Source of the DNA: Bacteroidota bacterium
GTDB taxonomy: Bacteria; Bacteroidota; Bacteroidia; Bacteroidales; Prolixibacteraceae
Direction of reading: 5' to 3'
NCBI GenBank assembly: GCA_023251435.1
Contig: JAHEYU010000022.1
Location: 5,194 to 69,193, forward strand
DNA length: 64,000 bases
Shown here: positions 19,784-28,415 of the stretch, one piece after another
Position numbering within the stretch: position 1 is the first letter of the stretch
How the letters are laid out: the number at the start of each line of letters is the position of its first letter
Notes under the pieces: generated by a model
Told to the model about the DNA's origin: nothing
What the model saw: only the letters and a program-made list of their open reading frames with translations
The model's database searches: none
Translations under genes and position numbers: made by a program

Positions 19784-22009
19784 ATGCAAAAAATAGCATT
19801 CATCATATTGGCTCTGGTATATTTTCTGAATGTATTCGGCCAATCTCCTTCGTTTAAAACCTACATGAACCCGGTGATTCCGGGCGATCATCCTGATTGT
19901 ACCATTACCAAAGTGGGGAAAGATTATTACACCACTGGTTCGTCATTCAATGTGACTCCTGTAATTTACCATTCGACCAACATGGTTCATTGGGAAGCCA
20001 TTGCACAACCGGTAAGTGCATCGTGGATGGGGTTCGATGACAAACCGGGTGGCGGATGCTGGGGAGGTCACATTGTATACTACAATGGCAAGTGGTGGGA
20101 TTTCTTTTCGAGGGGAAATGTCATGCATTTTGTGAAAGCCGACAAGCCAGAAGGTCCATGGAGTGCACCGACCAAGGTGAACAACCCATCGACGCTTCCT
20201 TATGGATTGGGATATGACAATTCGATATTTATCGATGATAACAACAAATGGTATCTGGTAGTGAAAAACGGCCAGCCCAATGGTGGTATTGTCGAACTGG
20301 GAAGTACAGGCCAACCAACAGGAGTAGTTTACGATCTGAAGTGGCTGAATCCAAGTCCTGCGCTGCCTTACAGTTGGGCCGAAGGGCCAGTGATGTGGAA
20401 ATATAAAGGCTATTACTACTATTCGTTTGCCCGCGACTTGTCCGGAGGGCAAAAGTCGATGCGCAGCAAAACGCTGACTGCCGATCAGGCCGCATGGGAA
20501 ATGATGGGCGATTTTTTCAATGAGAGCGATCCGTTGAAATCGGGTTCACTGTTTTCTGCACCAAATCATGCTTCGAATACGGTAATGATTGGCGACAGCA
20601 CTTCGTGGGTAATTCATCCGGTTTATGCCAAAGGCGAGTGGAAAGGTCAAGGGCGACAGGGTTTGCTGAACCAGGTTCGGTACAATGCAAGTGGCCGACC
20701 GATTGCCGATTATCCGGTAAACAAATCGTTTACCGCACCCAAGCTTCCGAGCAGCGGCATTCCGTGGATGGTTCCCAAATCCGATAACTTCTCAACCGCC
20801 AAACTTCATCCTGAATGGTCTTCACTGGGTTATACAGCTTCCGGGAAAAACTCGCTAACCGAACGCCCGGGCTGGTTACGGTTGTCGCCCAAAAGCACAA
20901 TTAAAGGCAATACGGTAACCAAATACGATGGCGAACACAATTATTCATTGATAACGCGTCTCGATTTTGCGGCCAAATCGAACAATGACCAGGCCGGATT
21001 GAGATTATTACGTGGCGACGAAACCAAATTTGTTAAACTCGTCAGTTCGCTAAATGCTGAAGGAAAAAAGGTGATTGTTTTTAGTTTTGAAAGTACCATC
21101 CACCAAGTCGAAAATACTGTTGGCGATACGCTTTGGCTCAAAATGGTGAGGGTAAACCATAGTATAACCGGATACTTCAGTGGCGATGGCAATAACTGGA
21201 CACAGGTTGGCCAGCCTTTCGATGTATCGGTGATTGATTCCTATTCCGACTTTTCCTCATTCACAGGCACTCTTCAGGGACTGTATGTTCAGGGAGCCGG
21301 CAATGCATACTTCGACCTGTATATTTACCGCGATGCCTACACGCCTATTCTGGCCGAATGTCCGGCCAACCAGTTTGGCACCACAAAAGTTTCGGTGGGT
21401 TCCGGTATCAGTGTTCTCGACAATATTCACAACAACGATTGGGCGCTTTACGCCGGAGTGGAATTTGGAAATACCGATTACAAAGCTGCACCCGATTCAG
21501 TAGAATTTACCGCATCAGGCATCACTTCCGGTGGCAAGATTGAGGTTTGGCTCGATTCAATTGATTCAGGAATTAAAGTAGCTGAATGTACCATTGGCAA
21601 TACCGGTAGCTGGAGCACATTTAAAAAGTTTAAAGCGCCGGTAACTGCCATTTCCGGCAGCCACGATGTATATTTGAAATTCGTGGGAGCAGGAACCGCC
21701 AAGCTTTTTCAGCTTAAATGGATGAATTTCATCAAGAAATCTTTACCAACCACCACTTCAACGGGAATGGGAAAACCGGGAGATCTTTCAATTTATCCTA
21801 ACCCGGCAAAAGACCGGATTTCAATTTATTCCGGATTTCCGTTTAATACAGTTGAAATATTCAGCATCAATGGAAAAATGGTCTTTCAGGAAAGAAATGA
21901 AGCAACCCAAAATTCAATACTGAACCTTCATCTTGACAATGGAGTATATGTTTTAAAAGTTAGCAGCGAAAAGGATGTCGCATCCTCTAAGCTTATGATA
22001 GAATTATAA
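19784..22009 (+). CDS. GH43 + beta-sandwich + CBM6-like module + T9SS C-terminal domain
   Basis: 741 aa. YMNPVIPGDHPDCTITKVGKDYYTTGSSFNVTPVIYHSTNMVHWEAI is a GH43 start. CBM6-like block: YAGVEFGNTDYKA...IEVWLDSIDSGIKVAECTIGNTGSWSTFKKFKAPV...HDVYLKFVG. Tail IYPNPAKDRISI...GVYVLKVSS. Confidence 0.9.
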   Translation: MQKIAFIILALVYFLNVFGQSPSFKTYMNPVIPGDHPDCTITKVGKDYYTTGSSFNVTPVIYHSTNMVHWEAIAQPVSASWMGFDDKPGGGCWGGHIVYYNGKWWDFFSRGNVMHFVKADKPEGPWSAPTKVNNPSTLPYGLGYDNSIFIDDNNKWYLVVKNGQPNGGIVELGSTGQPTGVVYDLKWLNPSPALPYSWAEGPVMWKYKGYYYYSFARDLSGGQKSMRSKTLTADQAAWEMMGDFFNESDPLKSGSLFSAPNHASNTVMIGDSTSWVIHPVYAKGEWKGQGRQGLLNQVRYNASGRPIADYPVNKSFTAPKLPSSGIPWMVPKSDNFSTAKLHPEWSSLGYTASGKNSLTERPGWLRLSPKSTIKGNTVTKYDGEHNYSLITRLDFAAKSNNDQAGLRLLRGDETKFVKLVSSLNAEGKKVIVFSFESTIHQVENTVGDTLWLKMVRVNHSITGYFSGDGNNWTQVGQPFDVSVIDSYSDFSSFTGTLQGLYVQGAGNAYFDLYIYRDAYTPILAECPANQFGTTKVSVGSGISVLDNIHNNDWALYAGVEFGNTDYKAAPDSVEFTASGITSGGKIEVWLDSIDSGIKVAECTIGNTGSWSTFKKFKAPVTAISGSHDVYLKFVGAGTAKLFQLKWMNFIKKSLPTTTSTGMGKPGDLSIYPNPAKDRISIYSGFPFNTVEIFSINGKMVFQERNEATQNSILNLHLDNGVYVLKVSSEKDVASSKLMIEL

Positions 22010-22022
22010 CCAAATGAAAAAT

Positions 22023-22088
22023 AAACACATAGACACATAGTTCACATAAAACCATATTATTCTATATGGCCTATGTTCCTATGTGTTT
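22023..22088. repeat. Imperfect 18-nt inverted repeat (AAACACATAGACACATAG / CTATGTTCCTATGTGTTT), 30-nt loop
   Basis: The left arm 22023-22040 and right arm 22071-22088 are complementary at 16 of 18 positions. The repeat lies between GH43-CBM6 and GH10. Confidence 0.6.
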
Positions 22089-22104
22089 AATTAATTTTTT
22101 TACG

Positions 22105-23628
22105 ATGAGATACAAAAATTTACTTTTAGCATTCTGTATGTTGGCCAGTTCGGCGGTATTTGCACAAACCCCGACAGTTAAACCCATTGCCGACGGAAAT
22201 GAAAAATTTCTGGGCAGTGCATGGAGTACCGGGCAAAACACAAATTTCCAAAACTACTGGAATCAGATTACACCTGAAAACGGAGGGAAATGGGGAAGCG
22301 TTGAAGGCACCAGAAATGTGATGAACTGGTCGAGTATGGATGCGAGCTACGCCCTGGCCAAGAAGTACAACATGCTTTTTAAGGCGCACACCCTGATTTG
22401 GGGAGCCCAGCAACCTTCGTGGATTGCCACTTTAGATACGGCCTCGCAAAGACAGGAGATAGAACAATGGTTCTCGCTACAAGCTGCCCGCTACCCCGAT
22501 ATGGCTTATATCGACGTGGTAAACGAACCTCTTCACAATGCACCCAATGGAATGCTTCCGTGGGGAAGCACAACAAAAAATGTTGATTATGCAAAAGCTT
22601 TGGGCGGAGCCGGGGTGACCGGTTGGGACTGGATCATTAAATCTTTCCGTATGGCCCGAAAATATTTCCCGAAATCGAAATTGATTATCAATGAATATAG
22701 TGTCATCAACAGCTCTACAGAAACACAGAAATATATTAAAATAATTAAACTTCTTCAGGCCGAAAATTTAATAGATGGTATTGGCGAGCAGGCACATGCG
22801 TTCACAACAGCCGGTACCTCTGCAACAACCTTAAAAGCGAATCTCGATGCACTGGGAGCAACCGGATTGCCAATATATTTGACCGAGATGGATATTGACG
22901 GAGCGACTGATCTTATTCAATTGAATGAGATGAAACGGGTTTTCACGGTTTTCTGGAAGCACCCTGCTGTAAAGGGAATTACCATGTGGGGATTCAGAGT
23001 TGGCTTGTGGCGTAACGACCAGAAAGCATACCTGATCAACTCAAATGGTACAGAACGACCAGCATTGAAGTGGATGAGAGCTTATGTGAACGATAGCCTT
23101 GTAAATACAAGCTCAATTGCAGTTTCTGCCAGCGATGGAAGTACAACCATCAGCACAAAAGGTGCTTTTTTGAATATGGTTGCAAACGTATTGCCGTTGA
23201 ATACAACTATTCCAAATGTTACCTGGACTGCAGCTCCAACAACACTGGCCACGATTGATGCAACCGGAAAATTAACCGCGTTGGCCAATGGTACTGTAAC
23301 CGTAACGGCAACAGCATGGGATGGATCGGGAATTAAGGGCACGGTAAGTATAATTATTTCGAACCAGACCACCGGAATCTCAGAAAAAGAACTTGCAGAA
23401 AAGATTACAGTATTTCCAAACCCTGCAGTAAATGGAAATTTCACAATTAACGGAATTGAAAATATCGAACGAATTGAATTAGTCAATTTGATTGGTGAAA
23501 AGGTGACGGGATATGATAATTTAAACCAGTCATCCATCAATATTCAGGTTAATGTTCCTGAAGGAATATATATCCTGAATCTGTTTGACGGGAAACAGTC
23601 TGTTATAAAGAAGATTGTAATTAAATAA
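22105..23628 (+). CDS. GH10 endo-1,4-beta-xylanase + Big_2-like module + T9SS C-terminal domain
   Basis: Start moved to the ATG at 22105 (MRYKNLLLAFCMLASSAVFAQ). FKAHTLIWGAQQPSW, DVVNEPLH, INEYS, GIGEQAH, LTEMDI. Big_2-like block: VTWTAAPTTLATIDATGKLTALANGTVTVTATAWDGSG. Tail FPNPAVNGNFTI...GIYILNLFDG. Confidence 0.9.
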   Translation: MRYKNLLLAFCMLASSAVFAQTPTVKPIADGNEKFLGSAWSTGQNTNFQNYWNQITPENGGKWGSVEGTRNVMNWSSMDASYALAKKYNMLFKAHTLIWGAQQPSWIATLDTASQRQEIEQWFSLQAARYPDMAYIDVVNEPLHNAPNGMLPWGSTTKNVDYAKALGGAGVTGWDWIIKSFRMARKYFPKSKLIINEYSVINSSTETQKYIKIIKLLQAENLIDGIGEQAHAFTTAGTSATTLKANLDALGATGLPIYLTEMDIDGATDLIQLNEMKRVFTVFWKHPAVKGITMWGFRVGLWRNDQKAYLINSNGTERPALKWMRAYVNDSLVNTSSIAVSASDGSTTISTKGAFLNMVANVLPLNTTIPNVTWTAAPTTLATIDATGKLTALANGTVTVTATAWDGSGIKGTVSIIISNQTTGISEKELAEKITVFPNPAVNGNFTINGIENIERIELVNLIGEKVTGYDNLNQSSINIQVNVPEGIYILNLFDGKQSVIKKIVIK

Positions 23629-23736
23629 TAAACTAAGCATATGGAACCATCCAACCCATTGACGGGGAAGCGAAATAACTGAATATCGGGAGTTCGACCT
23701 AAGTTCTAAATAACTAAAGAAGGCAATAGGAAACGA

Positions 23737-23795
23737 CAGAAGGCAATTGAACGTAATTGTTTTCCAACGTTTTTTATTGCCTTCGTCTGTTTTTA
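23737..23795 (+). terminator. Possible intrinsic terminator after the xylan gene array (long-loop hairpin + T-run)
   Basis: GAAGGCAAT (23739-23747) pairs with ATTGCCTTC (23776-23784) and is followed by GTCTGTTTTT. The loop is 28 nt, so this is atypical. Confidence 0.35.
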
Positions 23796-23990
23796 ATCTG
23801 ATTTTACTTCGCACTGACATAATACCGATTGGAGAAATGTTATAGTCCAATTATCGCACACTCAATTGGCCTAACATTTCTATCCATCGGCATTCTACCA
23901 TGAACGCATTTGGATTAATCTATAATTCACTATGGTATAAAATCACATAAAACCTTTATTTTAGAAGTCTCAATTTTAAATCTAAACCCA

Positions 23991-25991
23991 ATGAAACCAA
24001 ACCTCCTCAAAAACCTGCTTGCATTTTCATTTTTACTTTTTGCTACCTCACTTACTGCATCTGCACAAAAAACCGTCAAAATCAAGTTCGACAGCAATAA
24101 AGAAGTTTCAGGACAAAAATTTGCCATTCGGGATATTACACCCGGACTACCAGCAAACTGGGATGAATACAACTTTGTGGTTCTCGAATTTAAGATCACG
24201 ACCTCACAGCGATTTCATGTAGGTTTTACCACAGAAACAGGCTATAACGAGCTGCGTATAATGAGTTACACCGCCAACGGCTGGAACAAACTGGCCATTC
24301 CACTGAAATTTTACCGCCGTTTGCCCGATGCAGCGCTCGATCTTGCCGCAACTTACAATCAACCCCGATACACAGGCTGGATCAATCTGGGCGGTAATCG
24401 CGGGCCGCTTCGTGGCATGGACAGCATTGGCATCCGTATGAACGCACCCATCAACAACCCAACTTTGGAACTCCGCTCCATCGCACTCTCGGTTGAAGAC
24501 CCGGGTGATCAATATCTGGGTGAAAAACCTGTTGTTGACGAATTTGGGCAATGGAACCTGGGCGAATGGGAAGGCAAAGCTCATTCGATCGATCAGCTGA
24601 AACAAGAATGGGCAGCGGAAGAAAAAGACGTGGAGACATCAGTAACCCAAAAGATTAGGAATATTGACACTGGAGAACTCATAGTTAAGACTATCACAAA
24701 AAATCCTTACAACTATTCCACTTACGGTGGTTATATACTGGCAAAAGGCAAAGCCACGGGATTTTTTCATACCGAAAAAATCGATGGTCGCTGGTGGTTT
24801 GTCGATCCGCATGGATACCTGTTCCTTTCGCATGGAGTCGATTGTGTGAGTCCGGGTGGTGGAGGAAATATCCGCGATCTGGATAAACGGGATGGTATGT
24901 ACAAGGAAGTGCCCCCGCAAAATATTAGTTCAAATCAGGGAAGACGAGGCGGAGCTTCGTTCGGAACCTGGAATCTTTTCCGCAGATATGGCGAAGATTA
25001 TCCTGAAAAATCGCGCGAAATGATCATCAAACGAATGGACAAATGGGGGTTGAACACCATTGCCAACTGGTCGAGCCCCGAAGTGATGAACATGAACCGC
25101 AAAGCATTTATGTTTCAATTGCGGGGCGTCGGAATTGAGGGCGGACTGATGGGATTGCCAGATGTTTATACCAATGATTTTGCCTCGAAAGTTGATGCAG
25201 GTTGCAAGGCATCGGTTGAACAATACAAAGACAATCCCTGGCTGATTGGCTATTTTACCGGAAATGAACCGTCGTGGCTCGAACAGGAACTAAGGCTTTG
25301 TGACATGATTCTGGAAGGTGACGATCGTCCGATCAAAAAAGAACTGACGGCCTGGCTGGCCAAAGGCGATACACCTGAAAACCGGAAGCAGTTCATATTT
25401 AAAACTTTCCGCATCTTCCTCGAAACGGTTGACAGCGCCATCAAAAAATACGACCCCAACCACCTCAACTTAGGAATCCGCTTCGGAAATGTGATGCACA
25501 TCGACCGCGAAATTCTGGAAATATGCAAAGATGTTTTCGACGTGTTCAGCTTCAACTGCTACGATCTTTATCCTAAAAAGGAAATGATGGATCGGGCAAT
25601 GGAAATGACCGGATTGCCCATGATTATTGGCGAGTATCATTTCGGAACGGTTGACCGCGGAATGGCACAATCGCTGTGGCAGGTTAATTCGCAGAAAGAG
25701 CGTGGAGTTGCTTACCGGTATTACACCGAACGGGCCTACCAACATCCCGGACTGATCGGAACAGCATATTTTCAATGGTGCGACCAGGATTATTCAGGAC
25801 GACGTGACGGAGAAAACTACAACTGCGGGCTGGTTGATGTAACCGACCGCCCTTATAAATATCAGGTTGAAGCCATGATGGAAACTGCAAAACGGTTGTT
25901 CGACATTCATACAGGCAACACTAAACCAGTTGAACAGGCTCCGGTAAAAGCCCGCGGCCATGGCGGAATGCCGGATTTCTGGAATAAATAG
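23991..25991 (+). CDS. Uncharacterised secreted protein: N-terminal beta-sandwich + putative clan GH-A TIM-barrel glycosidase
   Basis: 666 aa with signal peptide ...LTASAQ. Candidate acid/base IGYFTGNEPSW and candidate nucleophile PMIIGEYHFGT. AYFQWCDQDYSGRRDGENYNCGLVDVTDRPY near the C-terminus. I cannot assign a CAZy family. Confidence 0.5.
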   Translation: MKPNLLKNLLAFSFLLFATSLTASAQKTVKIKFDSNKEVSGQKFAIRDITPGLPANWDEYNFVVLEFKITTSQRFHVGFTTETGYNELRIMSYTANGWNKLAIPLKFYRRLPDAALDLAATYNQPRYTGWINLGGNRGPLRGMDSIGIRMNAPINNPTLELRSIALSVEDPGDQYLGEKPVVDEFGQWNLGEWEGKAHSIDQLKQEWAAEEKDVETSVTQKIRNIDTGELIVKTITKNPYNYSTYGGYILAKGKATGFFHTEKIDGRWWFVDPHGYLFLSHGVDCVSPGGGGNIRDLDKRDGMYKEVPPQNISSNQGRRGGASFGTWNLFRRYGEDYPEKSREMIIKRMDKWGLNTIANWSSPEVMNMNRKAFMFQLRGVGIEGGLMGLPDVYTNDFASKVDAGCKASVEQYKDNPWLIGYFTGNEPSWLEQELRLCDMILEGDDRPIKKELTAWLAKGDTPENRKQFIFKTFRIFLETVDSAIKKYDPNHLNLGIRFGNVMHIDREILEICKDVFDVFSFNCYDLYPKKEMMDRAMEMTGLPMIIGEYHFGTVDRGMAQSLWQVNSQKERGVAYRYYTERAYQHPGLIGTAYFQWCDQDYSGRRDGENYNCGLVDVTDRPYKYQVEAMMETAKRLFDIHTGNTKPVEQAPVKARGHGGMPDFWNK

Positions 25992-26138
25992 ATAAAAATT
26001 TCAACTTTTTTCTTAACCCATTTACTTTTATTTCCGTAAACTTTTTCATAAAATATCAGATTTCTGATACGTGTGTTCCATGTTTCAGTTGTATTTAATA
26101 GAATACAGGTTCTTATACTATACACTAAATCAAACACT

Positions 26139-28346
26139 ATGAAATTTAAAGCTTTACTTTCGTTTGTGCTTTTCACAATGTTGGTAAATCTGGCAGCAAT
26201 AGCCCAGATTCCTGAACGAAAAGGTTGGTGGAAATTTGATGATTCAGCTAATTTATTAAAGGCTCAAATTGGTTCTCCACTTGAGGTTGTTGGTACACAA
26301 AAATCGGTGGATGGCCCGGTTGCCGGAAACAAAGCCACGCAGGTAGACCCGGGGAATTTCTTGATTATGACCCACGGAATTGCTGCCAACGGTGGTGGCA
26401 CAAAAGTGAATGAATACTCGATTCAGATCGACTTTAAGGTTCCGGAAATAGGTATCTGGCATTCGTTTTTCCAGACCGACCCTGCAAATTCTGGCGATGC
26501 CGACCTTTTTACAAGCACTACCAATTCGGTTGGAATTTCCGAAATTGGGTATTCGCCTAAAGGTATTGCCGACAACACCTGGTACCGGATGATTATCTCG
26601 GTTAAGAATGGTGGATTCTTTAAAGTATATTTAAATGGCGCTTTATGGCTCGACGGAGCTGGTCGTCTCCTCGATGACCGGTTTAGCCTGGCAAGTTCAT
26701 TGTTGATATTCGCCGATAATGATGGTGAAGACGGAACCATTATTTGTTCTGAATTAGCTATCTGGAACGTTCCGCTTACTGCCGATCAGGCGTTTGCTCT
26801 GGGTGGAGTAACAGGTGAAAGAGTTCCTGTAAGAGACAAAATGGGATGGTGGAAATTTGATGATCCGGCCAACCTGCTAAAAGCAGAAATAGGGAAACCA
26901 CTTCAATTAACCGGAACACAACAATCAGTTAACGGACCGGTTGTTGGTAACCTGGCAACAAAATTAGATGTAGGAAGCTTCCTGAATATGAAAACCGGCA
27001 TTTTACCCAACGGCGGTAATCTGACAAATGAATACACACTCCAAATTGATTTTTCAATCCCGCAAGCCGGTATCTGGCATGCGTTTTTCCAGACTGATGC
27101 GAAAAATGAGAGCGATGCCGAATTATTTACAAATACTAATAACGAAATTGGAACGTCGGCCACGACTTATTCAAGCTTGGCAGCTTCGGCAAATACATGG
27201 TACCGTATGCTGATTGTCGTTAAAAACGGCGAATACTTCAGAGTATATATCAATGGAGAACTCTGGGTCGATGGAGCCGGCCAGCCTGTTGACGGACGAT
27301 TTGCCCTGGCAGATGAGCTTCTGTTATTTGCTGATGATGACGGAGAAGACGGCAGCATCATCTGTTCTGAAATTTGTATTTGGGAGGTTGCCCTTAACGA
27401 AGACGAAATAGCCGACATAGGCGCAAGTCCGGCCATCCTTTTCCCCAAAAGAATGGGATGGTGGAAATTTGAGGATCTTGCATCACCACAAAAAGCGGAA
27501 ATAGGATTACCGCTCATTATTAGTGGGAATGTTGCACCTGCCGCTGGTCCAAGTGTTGGGAATAAAGCCATTCAGGTTGATTTGGGAAAATATTTGCGAA
27601 TGAACCATGGAATTTACAGTAACGGCAATGGAATGATGGTGAACGAATACAGTTTACAAATTGATTTCTCTGTTCCGGAAGCAGGAATATGGCATGCGTT
27701 TTTCCAGACCGATAAAGCCAATGGTGGCGATGCCGACCTGTTCACCAACAAAGCCAATTCAATTGGGACAGCTACCACCACTTACAGTGCCAAAGGTATT
27801 TCTGCAAACAAATGGTACCGAATGGTTATCACGGTTAAAAACGGATCGTATTTCAGGGTTTATATTGATGGAGAAATTTGGCTCGAAGCAGTAGGACAAC
27901 CCATTGACGGACGATTTGCGCTGGATACTGAATTGCTGATTTTTGCTGACGACGATGGAGACGACGGTAGCATTTACTGTTCGGAGCTGGGTATCTGGGA
28001 AGTTCCACTCACTGCCGAACAGGTAAAACAATTGGGAAATGTTAATACTATTCCAACAAGTATTCCTGATATGCTCGAAAGTCAGAATATAAATCTTGGA
28101 CAAAATTATCCCAATCCATTCACCGACCATACCACATTCCCTTACCAAATTACTGAATCGGGCAAAGTGAGTTTCAGGGTGCTGGATATTACCGGAAAAG
28201 AAATACGGACAATTAGTGAAGGAACAAAATCTCCCGGCAAGTACAGTCTAAGGCTTGGTTCTGAAAGACTCACCAGCGGAATATACTATCTTCAAATGAT
28301 TACGAATAAACAAACAAGCACACGTAAAATGGTGTTTATTCAATAA
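26139..28346 (+). CDS. Secreted protein of three tandem LamG (Laminin_G_3 / concanavalin-like lectin) modules + T9SS C-terminal domain
   Basis: Start moved to the ATG at 26139 (MKFKALLSFVLFTMLVNLAAIAQ). There are three ~205-aa repeats. Each reads GWWKF(D/E)D...NEY(S/T)(I/L)QIDF.VPE.GIWH.FFQTD...DA(D/E)LFT...WYRM.I.VKNG.(F/Y)F(K/R)VY(L/I).G..W....G...D.RF.L...LL(I/L)FAD(N/D)DGEDG(T/S)I.CSE..IW(N/E)V.L. Tail NYPNPFTDHTTF...GIYYLQMITN. Confidence 0.8.
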   Translation: MKFKALLSFVLFTMLVNLAAIAQIPERKGWWKFDDSANLLKAQIGSPLEVVGTQKSVDGPVAGNKATQVDPGNFLIMTHGIAANGGGTKVNEYSIQIDFKVPEIGIWHSFFQTDPANSGDADLFTSTTNSVGISEIGYSPKGIADNTWYRMIISVKNGGFFKVYLNGALWLDGAGRLLDDRFSLASSLLIFADNDGEDGTIICSELAIWNVPLTADQAFALGGVTGERVPVRDKMGWWKFDDPANLLKAEIGKPLQLTGTQQSVNGPVVGNLATKLDVGSFLNMKTGILPNGGNLTNEYTLQIDFSIPQAGIWHAFFQTDAKNESDAELFTNTNNEIGTSATTYSSLAASANTWYRMLIVVKNGEYFRVYINGELWVDGAGQPVDGRFALADELLLFADDDGEDGSIICSEICIWEVALNEDEIADIGASPAILFPKRMGWWKFEDLASPQKAEIGLPLIISGNVAPAAGPSVGNKAIQVDLGKYLRMNHGIYSNGNGMMVNEYSLQIDFSVPEAGIWHAFFQTDKANGGDADLFTNKANSIGTATTTYSAKGISANKWYRMVITVKNGSYFRVYIDGEIWLEAVGQPIDGRFALDTELLIFADDDGDDGSIYCSELGIWEVPLTAEQVKQLGNVNTIPTSIPDMLESQNINLGQNYPNPFTDHTTFPYQITESGKVSFRVLDITGKEIRTISEGTKSPGKYSLRLGSERLTSGIYYLQMITNKQTSTRKMVFIQ
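26208..28037 (+). repeat. Intragenic tandem repeat, 3 copies (periods 621 and 612 nt) encoding the LamG modules
   Basis: The Gly codon of the GWWKF motif falls at 26223, 26844 and 27456. Confidence 0.85.
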
Positions 28347-28370
28347 AAAGAAATATGTGCTTTTAATTAC

Positions 28371-28405
28371 GAGGGTGCTTCTCCTGCTGAAGCACCCTCT
28401 TTTTT
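28371..28405 (+). terminator. Rho-independent terminator
   Basis: Perfect 11-bp stem GAGGGTGCTTC / GAAGCACCCTC, 7-nt loop, then TTTTTT (28400-28405). It lies 24 nt after the stop and ends 10 nt before the next ATG. Confidence 0.85.
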
Positions 28406-28415
28406 AATCATTAAG

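Noticed and set aside
23688-23699. GGGAGTTCGACC resembles a tRNA T-loop (GGTTCGA).
   Set aside because: The flanking bases cannot form a T-stem (CGGGA / TAAGT) and no acceptor or anticodon arms can be drawn. It is not a tRNA.
23530-23850. 106-aa minus-strand ORF spanning the 3' end of the GH10 gene and the following intergenic region.
   Set aside because: It overlaps a well-supported CDS in antisense, has low-complexity composition and no recognisable motif. The region is better explained as a terminator/intergenic spacer.
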